Shown here piece by piece: positions 1 to 10,919 of a stretch of DNA of 64,000 nucleotides. Each line of letters opens with the position of its first letter. Position 1 is the first letter of the stretch. Both the position numbers and the translations under genes were made by a program. Under the pieces are notes generated by a model that was not told where the DNA came from, did not search any database, and was given only the letters and a program-made list of their open reading frames with translations. Origin of the DNA: Azolla caroliniana (lineage: Eukaryota; Plantae; Polypodiophyta); contig JBHGNT010000004.1 in assembly GCA_043228905.1 (NCBI GenBank), positions 8,184,001 to 8,248,000 of the forward strand, read 5' to 3'.

Positions 1-99
1 ACTAGGCCAATAGGCGACCCGGTTACGGAGAGAGCCCAAAGACTTGCTGAACGGAGACGGCGGCGAGAGGCTTTTCAGCAAGCAGTGGAAGAAATACAA

Positions 100-2000
100 A
101 CGGATTGATCATTTTCCAAAGTGATCTGGAAAGTGGCGGAGGAGTCGCTTCATCTGCAACAAAACGCCTACCCGGACGAAGGAAGCAGCTTAAGCAGCCT
201 CTGGGAAGCGGAAACCCTTCTCTAGGCCTTGGCCAGAAGAGAAGGTGAATCCGAAGCATTTTCAGCACTGGAATCGGATTCGGAAGGGGGTTACAGCGCG
301 CATACGAATTATCGCAGCAGTAACGACACCCCAGGAGGACTGGAGGACGAGGAGTCAGATACCTTACTGACACCGGAACCAGAGTTGGTAGACCAAGAAC
401 CTCCGGCACTCGTCGTGGAGCAACCTCCGGAGACGGAAGTGCACTGGCAAAAACTTCCAACACCGGAAGCCGAGCCGGCAACACCAAAGGAAGACCGGCA
501 AAGACCTCAGACGCCGGCGGAACAACAGGAAAGACCACCGGCACCGCCTGGCTGCATACCGACACCGGACGACGATATGCCGTTCCAGTACTCCAAGTAT
601 CGGGATGACCCGGACGCGGAGGCTCATGTTCACGCGTTTGAACAAACATGGGAAGCGAACCATGTGTCACAACGGCTAACCGCGGCAGAAGAGGAACGAT
701 CCAAGATAGCCGAATTCGGTGTAACATTAGAAGGACCGGCCGCCAGATGGCACCGGACGCAGGATCGCAGCACCATTACCACCTTTGCGGACCTAAAAGA
801 CAAATTCTTGCACTTCTTCCAGAAGGAGGTGGATCAACAAGAAATGGTGGGCTTATTTTATACAATTCGGCAGGATCCCGGGGAGAGCATCCCGCAGTTT
901 GTAATCCGGTTTCAACGGATGCACAGCTAGCTTACTCGCGCACCTCCGAAGGAAGAAACGCGGGCTATATTTTTAGCCGCGCTCCGGGAACCTCTACGAA
1001 CGGTATGCACGGTCATTGACTTTCGCACAAGCACCGTCAACCAGGTCATCAACCGGGTTAGGGAAATGGAAAAAACGAGCTCTTGGCTAACAATGGGAGC
1101 CCTCCAACGAGCATTACCAACCGATGAGGATCTCCATTTCCGGCAAGCAATCCAATGCACGACCTGCTTGAATTCCGGACACTCGTCACTGGAGTGCACC
1201 ATGCGGACGCACTGCTTACTCTGCCAATCTACGAGCCACACGATGGACCGGTGCGAATATAACTTATTGAATCGGCAAGCTCCACCAGTCCGGCAAATCG
1301 AGCCACGTAGCAGTCGAGACGAAGAAGACGAACGCTGGCAATGAGAGGAGTGATATCGACCGGCACAAGATGTCCGATACGACAATCGGCGAGACAACTA
1401 CGACCGGTACAAGAGATACGACATGTACCGAGATTACAAAGGACGGTACGAGCATCACAACCGGGATCACTCCCCCGGGTATCACCAATGACGGGAAGAT
1501 TACGGGAGGTATGACGACCAACCCCGGCAAGGGTACCGCAACAAAAAGAACTTTAATAAAAAACGGCATTTCAAAAACGGGAGCCACCCACGTGAACCGG
1601 AAAAAGGCGCCTCAAGCAGCCAACCAGACTAGAGCCCCGCGGTTACCACAAGTCCTCCACCGGGTGCAGGAAACAATGCTGAATCCAGCAACACCCGGAA
1701 AGCATATTGCTATTACTGCTGGCAAGAAGGACATTATAGTAATCAATGTCTGGCAAAAATCTATGATAAGAGACCGACAGTAAATATGGTAGTCGCCGAA
1801 GTCGCAGACCTCCAGCAGGTCACCACAAGGTCGAAGGGGAAGACTACAAAATGGGAGACACAAGAGGCCATCCGGAAACAGGCAACGGAATGGGTGAAAA
1901 AGGCAAATGAGCGAAACGTAGCAGAACTCGCACAACAGAAGGAGAACACCGAAGAGCTCGCCGGCGGCAGTCAGTCCGAAAACGGGACGTGGCAGGTATT
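100..2000 (+). pseudogene. gag: gag of Gypsy A (disrupted)
   Basis: Retrotrans-gag-like core (LEGPAARW...DLKDKFLHFF, IRQDPGESIPQFVIRF) and zinc knuckles (CTTCLNSGHSSLEC, CLLCQSTSHTMDRC, CYYCWQEGHYSNQC); stops at ~928 and ~1342. Confidence 0.85.
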
Positions 2001-2160
2001 GCAGGAATGCCAGATCACGCTGCCGTTAGGACGACTCTTGCAGCTAGTACCAAGATTCACAGAAGGACTCAAGTCCGGCATGACGACAGGCGGAACACCA
2101 CCGGCTCTGGCATTCTTCTCAAATCCGGAAGAAGGACCGGTCGTGGTGGACACCAACAGT

Positions 2161-5100
2161 CCGGCAATTACGGCCATTGTGAAAGGGAAAGAACTCCCCG
2201 GCATGATAATAGACGGAGGCTCCGGCGTTAATGTAATCAGCCTCCGGACATGCGATGCTCTTGGAATCTGAGAGTGGGAGCCATGTCCGTTCTGGCTTCG
2301 AATGGCTGACACAAGCTCGGTACGACCGACAGGATTAATACGGAACTTGGAAGTAACCATCGGGGGCCACACATTCTGAATCTCAACCGTAGTTCTCCAG
2401 TTGCAGGCTCAAGGAGCGTACCCATTATTGTTGGGATGCCCTTGGTTAAAAACGGCACATATCAAGCAGAACTGGAGGAGGAATATGATTACGTTCCGGC
2501 GGGGAAAAGCGAAGGTACGGGTACCAACACAACAAAGGAAGGGCACCGGCAAGGATCTGACACCGTTATATGCGGAGTGTGTCAATATGCTGGAGGGATT
2601 AACAGACGTAGAAGAAGAGCAGTACTTGCTGGAGAACCCGAAGATTGTACCCCTATTCGAAATTGACGTCGCGGAAGCGGTATCACCCTACTTACTGCAA
2701 CCGGACGAAACCGAAGCGGAACCAGATAAAGAAGCAATCCGGGAGTTACGACATGCGTAGGAGGTGTTGGAAAGGGAAATGGCCGTATCCCAGCACGTAA
2801 AAGCGTCCCAATTAGAAGAGGTAAATCTAGGAACGGCGGAGGAGGCAAAACCGGTGCACATCGCCAAAGAAATGAATACAAAGAACAAAACGGCGATAAT
2901 TACACTCCTCAACGAGTTTCGCGACGTCTTTGCCTGGTCGTACGAGGATATGAGAGGCCTGGATCCTCATTTGTATCAGCACCAGATACATCTAAGCAAA
3001 GTCGCCAAGCCGGTGGCACAACGTCGGTACCGGATGAACCCAAACTACGCCGCCAAAGTCAAGGAGGAGATCGACAAATTATTGAGGGTCGGCTTTATCC
3101 GTCCCGTAAAGAAATCTACATGGCTGAGCCCGATTGTAGTCGTACCAAAAAAGAACGGCAAAATTAGAGTTTGTGTCGACTACCGGAAGTTCAATGCGTC
3201 AACGGTAACGGATGCATTTCCACTTCCGTTTACAGATGGAGTTTTGGATGCCGTCGCCGGCCATGAAGTCTACAGTTTCTTAGACAAATTCAGCGGGTAT
3301 AATCAGATCCGGATGCACCCTGAGGATCAAGAGAAAACGGCTTTCGTCACCAAATGGGGAGTGTTTGTTGCGGTGGTGATGATGTTCGGGCTGAAAATGG
3401 CACCAACAACATTCCAACGGATCATCATGGAGATCTTTGGCGAATACATACCGGCTTTTATGCAGGTGTTCCTTGACGACTTCGCCATCTGTAGTCGAGA
3501 AGAAGATCATTTGCAGCATCTCAGACTATGTCTAGAGAAGTGTAGGGCGTACCGGCTAAGCCTGAATCTAGCGAAGTGTGTATTTGGAGTGTTCAACGGA
3601 ACACTACTAGGGCATATAGTAAGCAAGGAAGGCATTGTCGTAGATCCGGACAAAGTGAAAGCAATCCGGGAAGCACTGGCACCGGCAACGGCAAAGGCAT
3701 TGAGCCGTTTCCTAGGACAAATCCGCTAGCATAGCCTTATGCTATGATATTTGGCAGACTTGGCTACACCTCTGCATACGGCAGGCAGTACATCGAACAC
3801 CGTTCCAATGGACCGACATCGAAGACAAGGCGTACTGGGGACTAAAGGTGTTATTGTCACAAGCACTGGTAGTGCAGCCTCCGGATTGGAGTAAAGAGTT
3901 TCATGTGTTCGTGGACGCTTCTGATATCGCAATCGGTAGCGCGCTCATGCAACTTACCGAGCCAAGGTGGTACCGGCCAATATACTATGCCAGCCGGAAG
4001 CTATCCCAAGCGGAACGAAATTATTCTACCACGGAAAGGGAGGCTTTAGGAATGATCTACAGTGTAACGAAATTCAAGCATTATCTATTGGGAAGAAAGT
4101 TCTCCTTCCATGTAGATCATTCGGTACTCCTCTACCTAGTATCCAAAGTGTCACTTACCGGTAAGCTAGTCGGTGGACTTTGTTGTTGCAAGAGTTCGAA
4201 TTCAAGATATTCCACCGACTCGGCATATAGCACGCAGTCGCAGATTATCTAAGCCGGTTAGATTCTGGGGAGACAGGTGACGGAGTACCGGACGAGTTTC
4301 TGGATGCAGAGCTTTTTCGAGTCACCACGGAAACGGCAACAGATGAAACGGTGGCACAAGAAGATAAGTGGCTAACTAATATGCACCAGTTTCAAAGTAC
4401 CGGATTGCCTCCGGAGGAGATGAACCGGGACGAGAGAAAACGCCTGGCGGTACAGAGCCGGTACTTCTGTTTATTACAGCACACGCTATACCACAAAGGT
4501 GTGGACGGTATCTGGCGACGAGCGGTGCGTAGCGACGAGAAGGAGGTAATACTACGGGAGGCACACTGCGGAGTCACCGGAGGCCATTATGCTGGAGATG
4601 CGACGGCAAGGAAAGTATGGCAAAGTGGCCTATGGTGGCCAACCACATTGAAAGATGCAGTCCGGTATGCGAAGGAGTGTGATCTATGCCAACGAATGGG
4701 TCAGCCAACGGAACAAGCTCGGATGCCACACCAACCAATCCTACCACTAGAACCATTCCAGAAATGGGGGTTGGATTTTGTCGGGCCATTTTAACCACCG
4801 GCAATGAGAACCGGCAACCGGTACGTGATCGTCGCGACGGATTACTGCACTAAGTGGGTGGAAGCGAAAGCCCTACGAGACAACACCACGGTGTCAACGA
4901 CGAAATTCTTATACGAATGCATTTGATGCCAGTACGGATGCCCCATAGAGCTGATAAGCGACCAAGGAGGGCACTTTCTTGGACAGGTGGTAGAAAGTTT
5001 GACGACGTTCTATGCGGTAGTACATAAACGAAGCACACCGTACTATCCGCAAGCAAATGGGTTAGCTGAGTCGACGAACAAAACGCTCTAGAATATCCTT

Positions 5101-5640
5101 CGGAAGATCGTCAATGAAAATCGGACAAATTGGGACACAAAGCTGCACAGTGCGCTCTGGGCTTACCGGACAGCGTACAAAACAAGCATCTAGACAACAC
5201 CGTTCCGGTTAGCATTCGGATTGGAGGCAGTCATGCCAGTCGAGTTCCAGGTACCAAGCTTACGGATTCAGATTCGAGAACGATTGAACGAAAAGGAATC
5301 GGAGGCAATTCAGTTAAAGGCTCTGTGCGAACTGGAAGAACACTGACTGGCGAGCATTATGCACCTGGAATTGGAACAACGGAGACGGAAAGCATTTGTA
5401 GATCGGCACCGGAAGGGAAACGAAAAAATGTTCGGGACCGGCAAGCTGGTACTCGTTTTCCAGACCCGGATGGGAAAAATGCCAGGTAAACTACGGTTTA
5501 GATGGACCGGACCGTACTGGATCACACGTGAGTTCAATGGGTCCTACCAGTTGGGTACACTTGCCAGAGAAGTGTTGGGCAAATGGGTCAACGGATTTAG
5601 ACTAAAACCATACAAAGGACCTATGCCTAAGAACCCATTT
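2161..5640 (+). pseudogene. pol: pol of Gypsy A (PR-RT-RH-INT), disrupted
   Basis: ORFs 1786..2271, 2401..2760, 2764..3729 (RT), 3848..4252 (RH), 4351..4794 (INT Zn finger/core), 5359..5835 (INT C-terminus, WTGPY). Confidence 0.93.
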
Positions 5641-6155
5641 GAACGAAAGGCCGCCACCGAATCAGACGCCGGCAGGCCAACCATAACGGCAACCGATGAA
5701 GACGACGACTGCCACCAAGCCAATAAGGAGGAGCATGAGCCGGCAACCGAGGAGAGTAGAACGAAGGCAAACCGTCAAGAGGCCGGCAAGTTGTACGCTT
5801 CGGGCAAGGGTCCGACAGGACCGGAGAAAAACTAACCACACAAGTAAGTTAAAAAAAAAAGAAAGAAAGAAAGAAAGAAAAGAGAATAAAGGAGTGAATC
5901 AAATAAATCATGGAAAGGAGTGGTGGACATTAAAGAGGCACGTCGAAAAGGTACGAGTAAAGAGGCATGTCGAAAAGGTACGAGGAGCTATGAATAGGAC
6001 ATTAAACCACCGCCACATGGCACGCAATGCTATTATAGTACACGACATTAAATCGTAGAGAGCTCCCACACAGAGAACCCCCTCCCTCAGAACTTTCTCT
6101 CTCACACTCTCCCCACCATCAAACCTCGCCAACGCTCTCCAACCTCGACGCAGAG

Positions 6156-7801
6156 ATGGACTGCCAAACACTGTCTGAAGCCACCAAGAAATGGTTACGG
6201 CAGCACGGTCTGGAGGGTTTCTTAACAATCATGGAGGTAGCGCCACACGGAGGCCGAGAAGATTATAAAAGAAATCAACACGGAGGTGATCACGGAGGAG
6301 GCGATCTGTGCGTTAATAGGCCTTCCGGAGGGAGGTATCTACACGATCGACAATCCTACTCCCGAGCAACTCATCAAATATTTCGGTGAGTACTCTCTAG
6401 CCAGCAAGGGCTATAGGACACAGGGCGACGAAGATATGCTATTCCGTGAAATTGCCCGTGTGCTCCACGAGTTCAGCCACGTGTACCCTCGACCCCCCAT
6501 CATGCCTCAGAGGAAAGGACGGCGATTGATATAGTAAGAGGAAAGGACGACAAGGCCGGAAAATATGGCATGCGGTGACACAATGGCTCACCCTGTTGGC
6601 GCCACCAGTCGAGCCCGTCCAAACCAAGAAGCGGGGAAGAGCAACGGACGGCACCCCGAAACCTGCTTCGAAACGGCAACAACTGTTGGCCTCCAAGGCC
6701 ACTAAGGGGAAGACTGCCGAAGCAGAGAAGGCGGCGAAGGAGTGCGCCAGCTGGAAGCGACCGACGGACACGCACGAGGAGACATCGGCACGGCCCTTGA
6801 AGAGCCCACTCCACCGACCGGGGCAGCAGGAAATGGACACCTTGGCGGCAAGAATGAATGTCGGGACTCAAGCGGAAGAAATGGAGGAAGAACCCACGCA
6901 ACACCTCCAGTGGAGGCCGGTGAAGAGCACCGCTGAATCAGCCGGGAAGCGTTCGGACCCACAGAAGGATGGAACGCCTGCAACTCACGCTGAGCAACCC
7001 ACACCAAGGGAGGCACCGGAACCGGTTCAGATGGAACCGGTCACAGAAGTCCCGGCACAACAGGCACCACCGGGAAGCCCCGTCACCCAAGAGCCGGAGA
7101 TACAAAGGCTAACCGTCCCAGCCGGCCAAGAACAAGCAAACAAGGGGCGACTAACCGAAACACCCTCAGAGCCGGAACGGCAAAGTGGTCAGCTGGCAGA
7201 ACCAGAAGCGTAGCTTGACGCAGAACGACGGAACTCCATTTGCTTAGGGCGGACTTGAAAACCGGCAAAAGGAGGGCGACGACTGCTATATGCTAACCTC
7301 GGAGGACTTCACCACCATCAGGGATGAGCTGGCGGAAGATTTCACAGCCCTGGCGGATGAACAATTGGTGCAGGTCCGGCAGCTCGTAGCTCAACTGGAC
7401 GATGATCGGCTGGAGGCTCAAATCCAATTCGAAAGCTATGAGCGGTCCCGGCTTCGGGAAGAAAAAGCGCGAAAGGCGGCAACGGTCAACCTTAGTGATG
7501 AGGAATCGTTGCCGGGGCAAAGACCGGAGGGGGAATAGGCCGGGGTCAGTCAGCCATAGACAACTCCGACGGAGGAACCAACGACAGAAACGGAGGTGCC
7601 ACAACCACAAACGGAGCAGCAGCCACAACCACAAATGGAACAACAGCAGCAACAACAGATTCCCGACGAGCCATTGGAAATTTTTGAGCAAAGCATTCTG
7701 GATATTTTGGACGAAGCGTAAAAGGGCCGGATAGTGGGTTCGATGTACAAGGTACTGTCCCACGAGCATGCCATGTGTTACCGGCTAGCGAAGAAGGCTT
7801 A
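6156..7801 (+). pseudogene. extra ORF (eORF) downstream of pol in Gypsy A
   Basis: Collinear sense ORF pieces 6156..6389, 6286..6534, 6575..7213, 7290..7538 and beyond, broken by frameshifts and CAG>TAG-type stops. N-terminus has ITEEAICALIGLP (resembles plant mobile domain/transposon eORF motifs), followed by P/E/Q-rich and coiled-coil-like parts. Confidence 0.65.
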
Positions 7802-8238
7802 AGGAGGTCCAAACTAGAGTGTGAAAGGAATAGTTATTCAGGAACTGTTGTAATTAGTAGTCTTAATATATACATATTATTATATAAGAAGATGTGGATG
7901 GACGGACCGGAATCGGTATGCCGATCCGGATCCGGAACGATTCTGTAAAGGTGTCGTTTGGCACCGTTTTGTATTTCGCACCGGAGGCCTATATAAAGGC
8001 CCGGATACAATGTAATCAAGAGCGGATAATTAATAAAGCGTATTGTCTTAATCTTCAAGTGTTGATTACCGTTCTATATTTATTGTTATATCTTACACGT
8101 GTTAATTACGGATGGCTAAGTAATCGATTAAGGTCTAATTAAGCGTTGTGTCGTAAGTCATTTTGCCGTACCACCCTTTGGTGACGTGTCTTAAGTGGAC
8201 ACCCTGTGTTAGGCTGTTGTCCGGCCCTAGCAATAACA
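7776..8238 (+). repeat. 3' LTR of Gypsy A (~463 bp)
   Basis: TGTTA...TAACA ends, TATA box (CCTATATAAAGG ~7988), homology to LTRs at 15920..16383(-) and 50752..51283(-). Boundaries uncertain by about 2 bp. Confidence 0.75.
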
Positions 8239-9786
8239 CAAATGTCTCTCTAATTGCGTCCACATGAAATATGGTAGACTTGGAGCCCATACTACTGATG
8301 CATGCATGAGGGAAGGGATCACTAATGAGTTGAAGAGCCATCCCTTAGTCCGTGGCTCTTGAAAGTGTGCCTGGTGGCATTGTCTCTCTAAGAGTGGGAG
8401 GTATGCATACCCTCTCGTTAGCCTATCTTTGGCTGCATGAGTCATCGAGAATTTACCTGAGCGAGCACTAAAAGTGACTCCCAAGTATACATATGATCCA
8501 ACTACCTCAACTAGTTTATGAGAGCGAATTAGGTGACATTTACTCCTAACTCGGGACGATGTATGAAAGATAAGGAATTTAGTTTTCTCTAGATTCACTA
8601 CCAGTCCTTGTTGTGTACAAAAGTTATCTAGGGCATTAAGATGCTTTTGTAGGTCGTGTTCCGACTCCGAGAGCAAGACAATATCGTCTGCGTAGAGTAA
8701 GAGACTAACTTGCGTATTCCCAATAGCTACTCCCTTGCCTCCCTTACGAGCAATAAAATTAGTGATCTCCTCAATGTAGATCCCAAAAAGAGTTGGTGAT
8801 AGGGGGCAACCCTGTTTTACACCAATGGTGCTAGTGAAACAATCGAAGGCCACTTGGGCATCTTACGCACCCAGAGACTTGCTCATATAGGGCATAAATG
8901 GCCCAGATAATGTTATTTGGTATCTCCAAGCTCTTAAGTCTATCAAACAACTTCTCCCTAGGAACAATGTCAAAGGCTTTGCAAAAGTTCACAAAGCAAC
9001 AATATAGTTTCTTCTTATGAGCCTTTGTTTAGTCAATTAAGCACCTAAGTGTGAAGATATGGTCAATAGTGGAGAAGGCTCGTCTAAAGCCAGCATGCTC
9101 AGGTGCTCGAAGAGGAAAGACTTAATGTTTCCGTATAAACGTTGAGCTCCGCTTCCATTACCGCACCATATGGTTTAGCTTCCATTACGACGTGTCATCT
9201 TGCACATCTCTTTTAAAGCCTGTACTGAGGAAATAGTACCACTAAGTCGCGATACTTTAAGTTTTCTATACAACTCTCTACAATCCTCGTCATACCATTT
9301 GTTCTGTGGCATAGGCCCTATTCTACTATGATTGGAGTGTTTTGTGTATGGGAAGCTACTAATTGCTCATGAGTGAAGGATGTGTGCGAGTTCTGTAATG
9401 AGGTTCTCTCAAGGCAAGGAAGAATCAAAAGAGGAGAGATGAGCTTGAACATGTCGTGAGTAGATGTCAACGAGCTCATTCATGAAATGTATTATGGTGT
9501 GATGGTTTAGTTGACTAGAGCTAGTGGTGTGGGAGGTGTCGCATTTTAGCTCAAAGTATAGGAAGCTATGGTCTGCACCAATGGGGCATGGGGCCACCCG
9601 AAAGGAGTTAACCATGTGGGTAGCTTCAGGGCTTCCTATTAGGTAATCAATTGTGCTTTCCCCTCCTCCATGTGGGAAACATGTGAGCGCTTTCGTGCCC
9701 AACCACTTGGCTAAGCCATTATATATGATCATCTGGTGTCAGCTTCCAAGTTCAAGCAGATGATGGCCAAAGCTTGTGGTGTCCGT
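8239..9786 (-). mobile_element. LINE ORF2 fragment (end of endonuclease + RT), RTE-X/L2/CR1-like
   Basis: GVKQGCPLSPTLFGIYIE, LLYADDIVLL, VNLEKTK, YVYLGV; endonuclease end STIDYLI...GADH. Cut at its 3' side by Gypsy A. Confidence 0.9.
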
Positions 9787-10547
9787 TGTCGCGAAGTTTC
9801 GCGGGTACGTGTAGAAGTCCAGGCGGGACCACGGGGGTCTTGGACTAGGGAATGACGGAGCGTAGGAAGTCGTGCTTCACCATTTCTGGGGCATCCCAGA
9901 AGCACACCGGAAGCAATCGAAGGGAGAGAGAGAGAGAGAGAACAAGCACGCAACATTGACTCTCACACACGCGCACACACCAACAGAGACACGAATATGC
10001 ACAACCAAATGTATATGTATTTACAAGACAACGAGATTCAACACCGACTTTGAGCCGGACCTAGGTAGCATAGTATACAACTGTTGTCTATTGCCAAGCC
10101 GCCGGTCGGGGAGCTCTCGGGCTTGTCGCGCCGAGCGGGGTCTTGCACAGAGAACAGGGTAGAAAACAGAAACACTAGATGCCAAGGCTCGACACATAAA
10201 ACGACGAAGAAGAAGCAGAGGAGAACAAGAAGAAACCCTACAACCAGAGAAAAGAAAGAGGAAGAGGGAACGTTTCTTCCTCTAACGGTATACCCTACTA
10301 CCAAAAATGGGCAACCCCTTCACCAAGGGCGCTCCCTTCCTTTTATAGAACAAGGAGAGGGATCCGTAGCATCGTGGGATAAATCCCTTATTACATGGGA
10401 TTCTTGTCCCGACTTGATTATTCTTTGGCGCCATAAAGGCACCCTCGTTATTCACACTAAATGTACAAGGGTGAGCGCACATGTTGCACCCCGCCGATGT
10501 AGCCAATATTTCCCGGTTTCCGCCTCTGGCCGAAATTCTTCACGACA
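9787..10547 (-). repeat. 3' LTR of element B
   Basis: Near-identical to 14395..15143; preceded on the minus strand by purine-rich GGTGGGGGCGGA (PPT, ~10548..10561). Confidence 0.95.
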
Positions 10548-10919
10548 TCCGCCCCCACCAAAGCGCACGTCCACTGGTACCTGCCAAATCCGGTGAAGGG
10601 TGAGAGATTTCAGCCGGTGAGAAACCGGTCTTCCATAATCCGCATCCTGGCTTGCTGCCTGTTTGAATCGTCGGCTTCAGTTCTTCCTTCGCGCTTATCG
10701 CCCCGTAGGCTCGTTCGACCCGTCAATTGGTTCTTCGTCGCGATCTCCGTAGTACGCGTACTTCCGCTGGCCCTTGTTCGGCCGTATGCACGCTCGGCTC
10801 TCCGCCATATGCCCGATGTCCTCCGCTTGAGGAACGCCCGTAGTGGCCCGCCTGGCCTCCGTCGATCGTTCGTGTGGTCCTGATTGTGATCCTGCATTGT
10901 TTCCCGCTGCCTTCGTCCC

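Larger units (their letters stand above)
1..8238 (+). mobile_element. Ty3/Gypsy LTR retrotransposon A (non-chromovirus, Athila/Selgy-like): gag-PR-RT-RH-INT, extra ORF, 3' LTR; 5' end outside window
   Basis: Domain order PR (IIDGGSGVNVIS), RT (RVCVDYRK...FLDDF), RH (VFVDASD...NYSTTERE), INT (HHCC, WGLDFVGPF). No chromodomain and no additional RNase H. Several in-frame stops and frameshifts. Confidence 0.95.

Noticed and set aside
7690-7773. tRNA gene suggested by GGGTTCGA and terminal CCA
   Set aside because: No D-arm, anticodon arm or acceptor stem can be built, and 13 extra nt interrupt the T-loop; kept only as a tRNA-like cis motif.
7801-7849. Alternative LTR start at 7820 or 7849 with AAGGAGG/GAAAGGAA as PPT
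   Set aside because: The homologous LTR at 15920..16383 extends ~60 bp beyond its TGTAATT to a clean junction with Copia C, and the shared pre-LTR motif points to ~7776.
10084-10596. Duplicated 170/156-aa ORF (also 14684..15154)
   Set aside because: Lies within the paired LTRs of B; no domain similarity.
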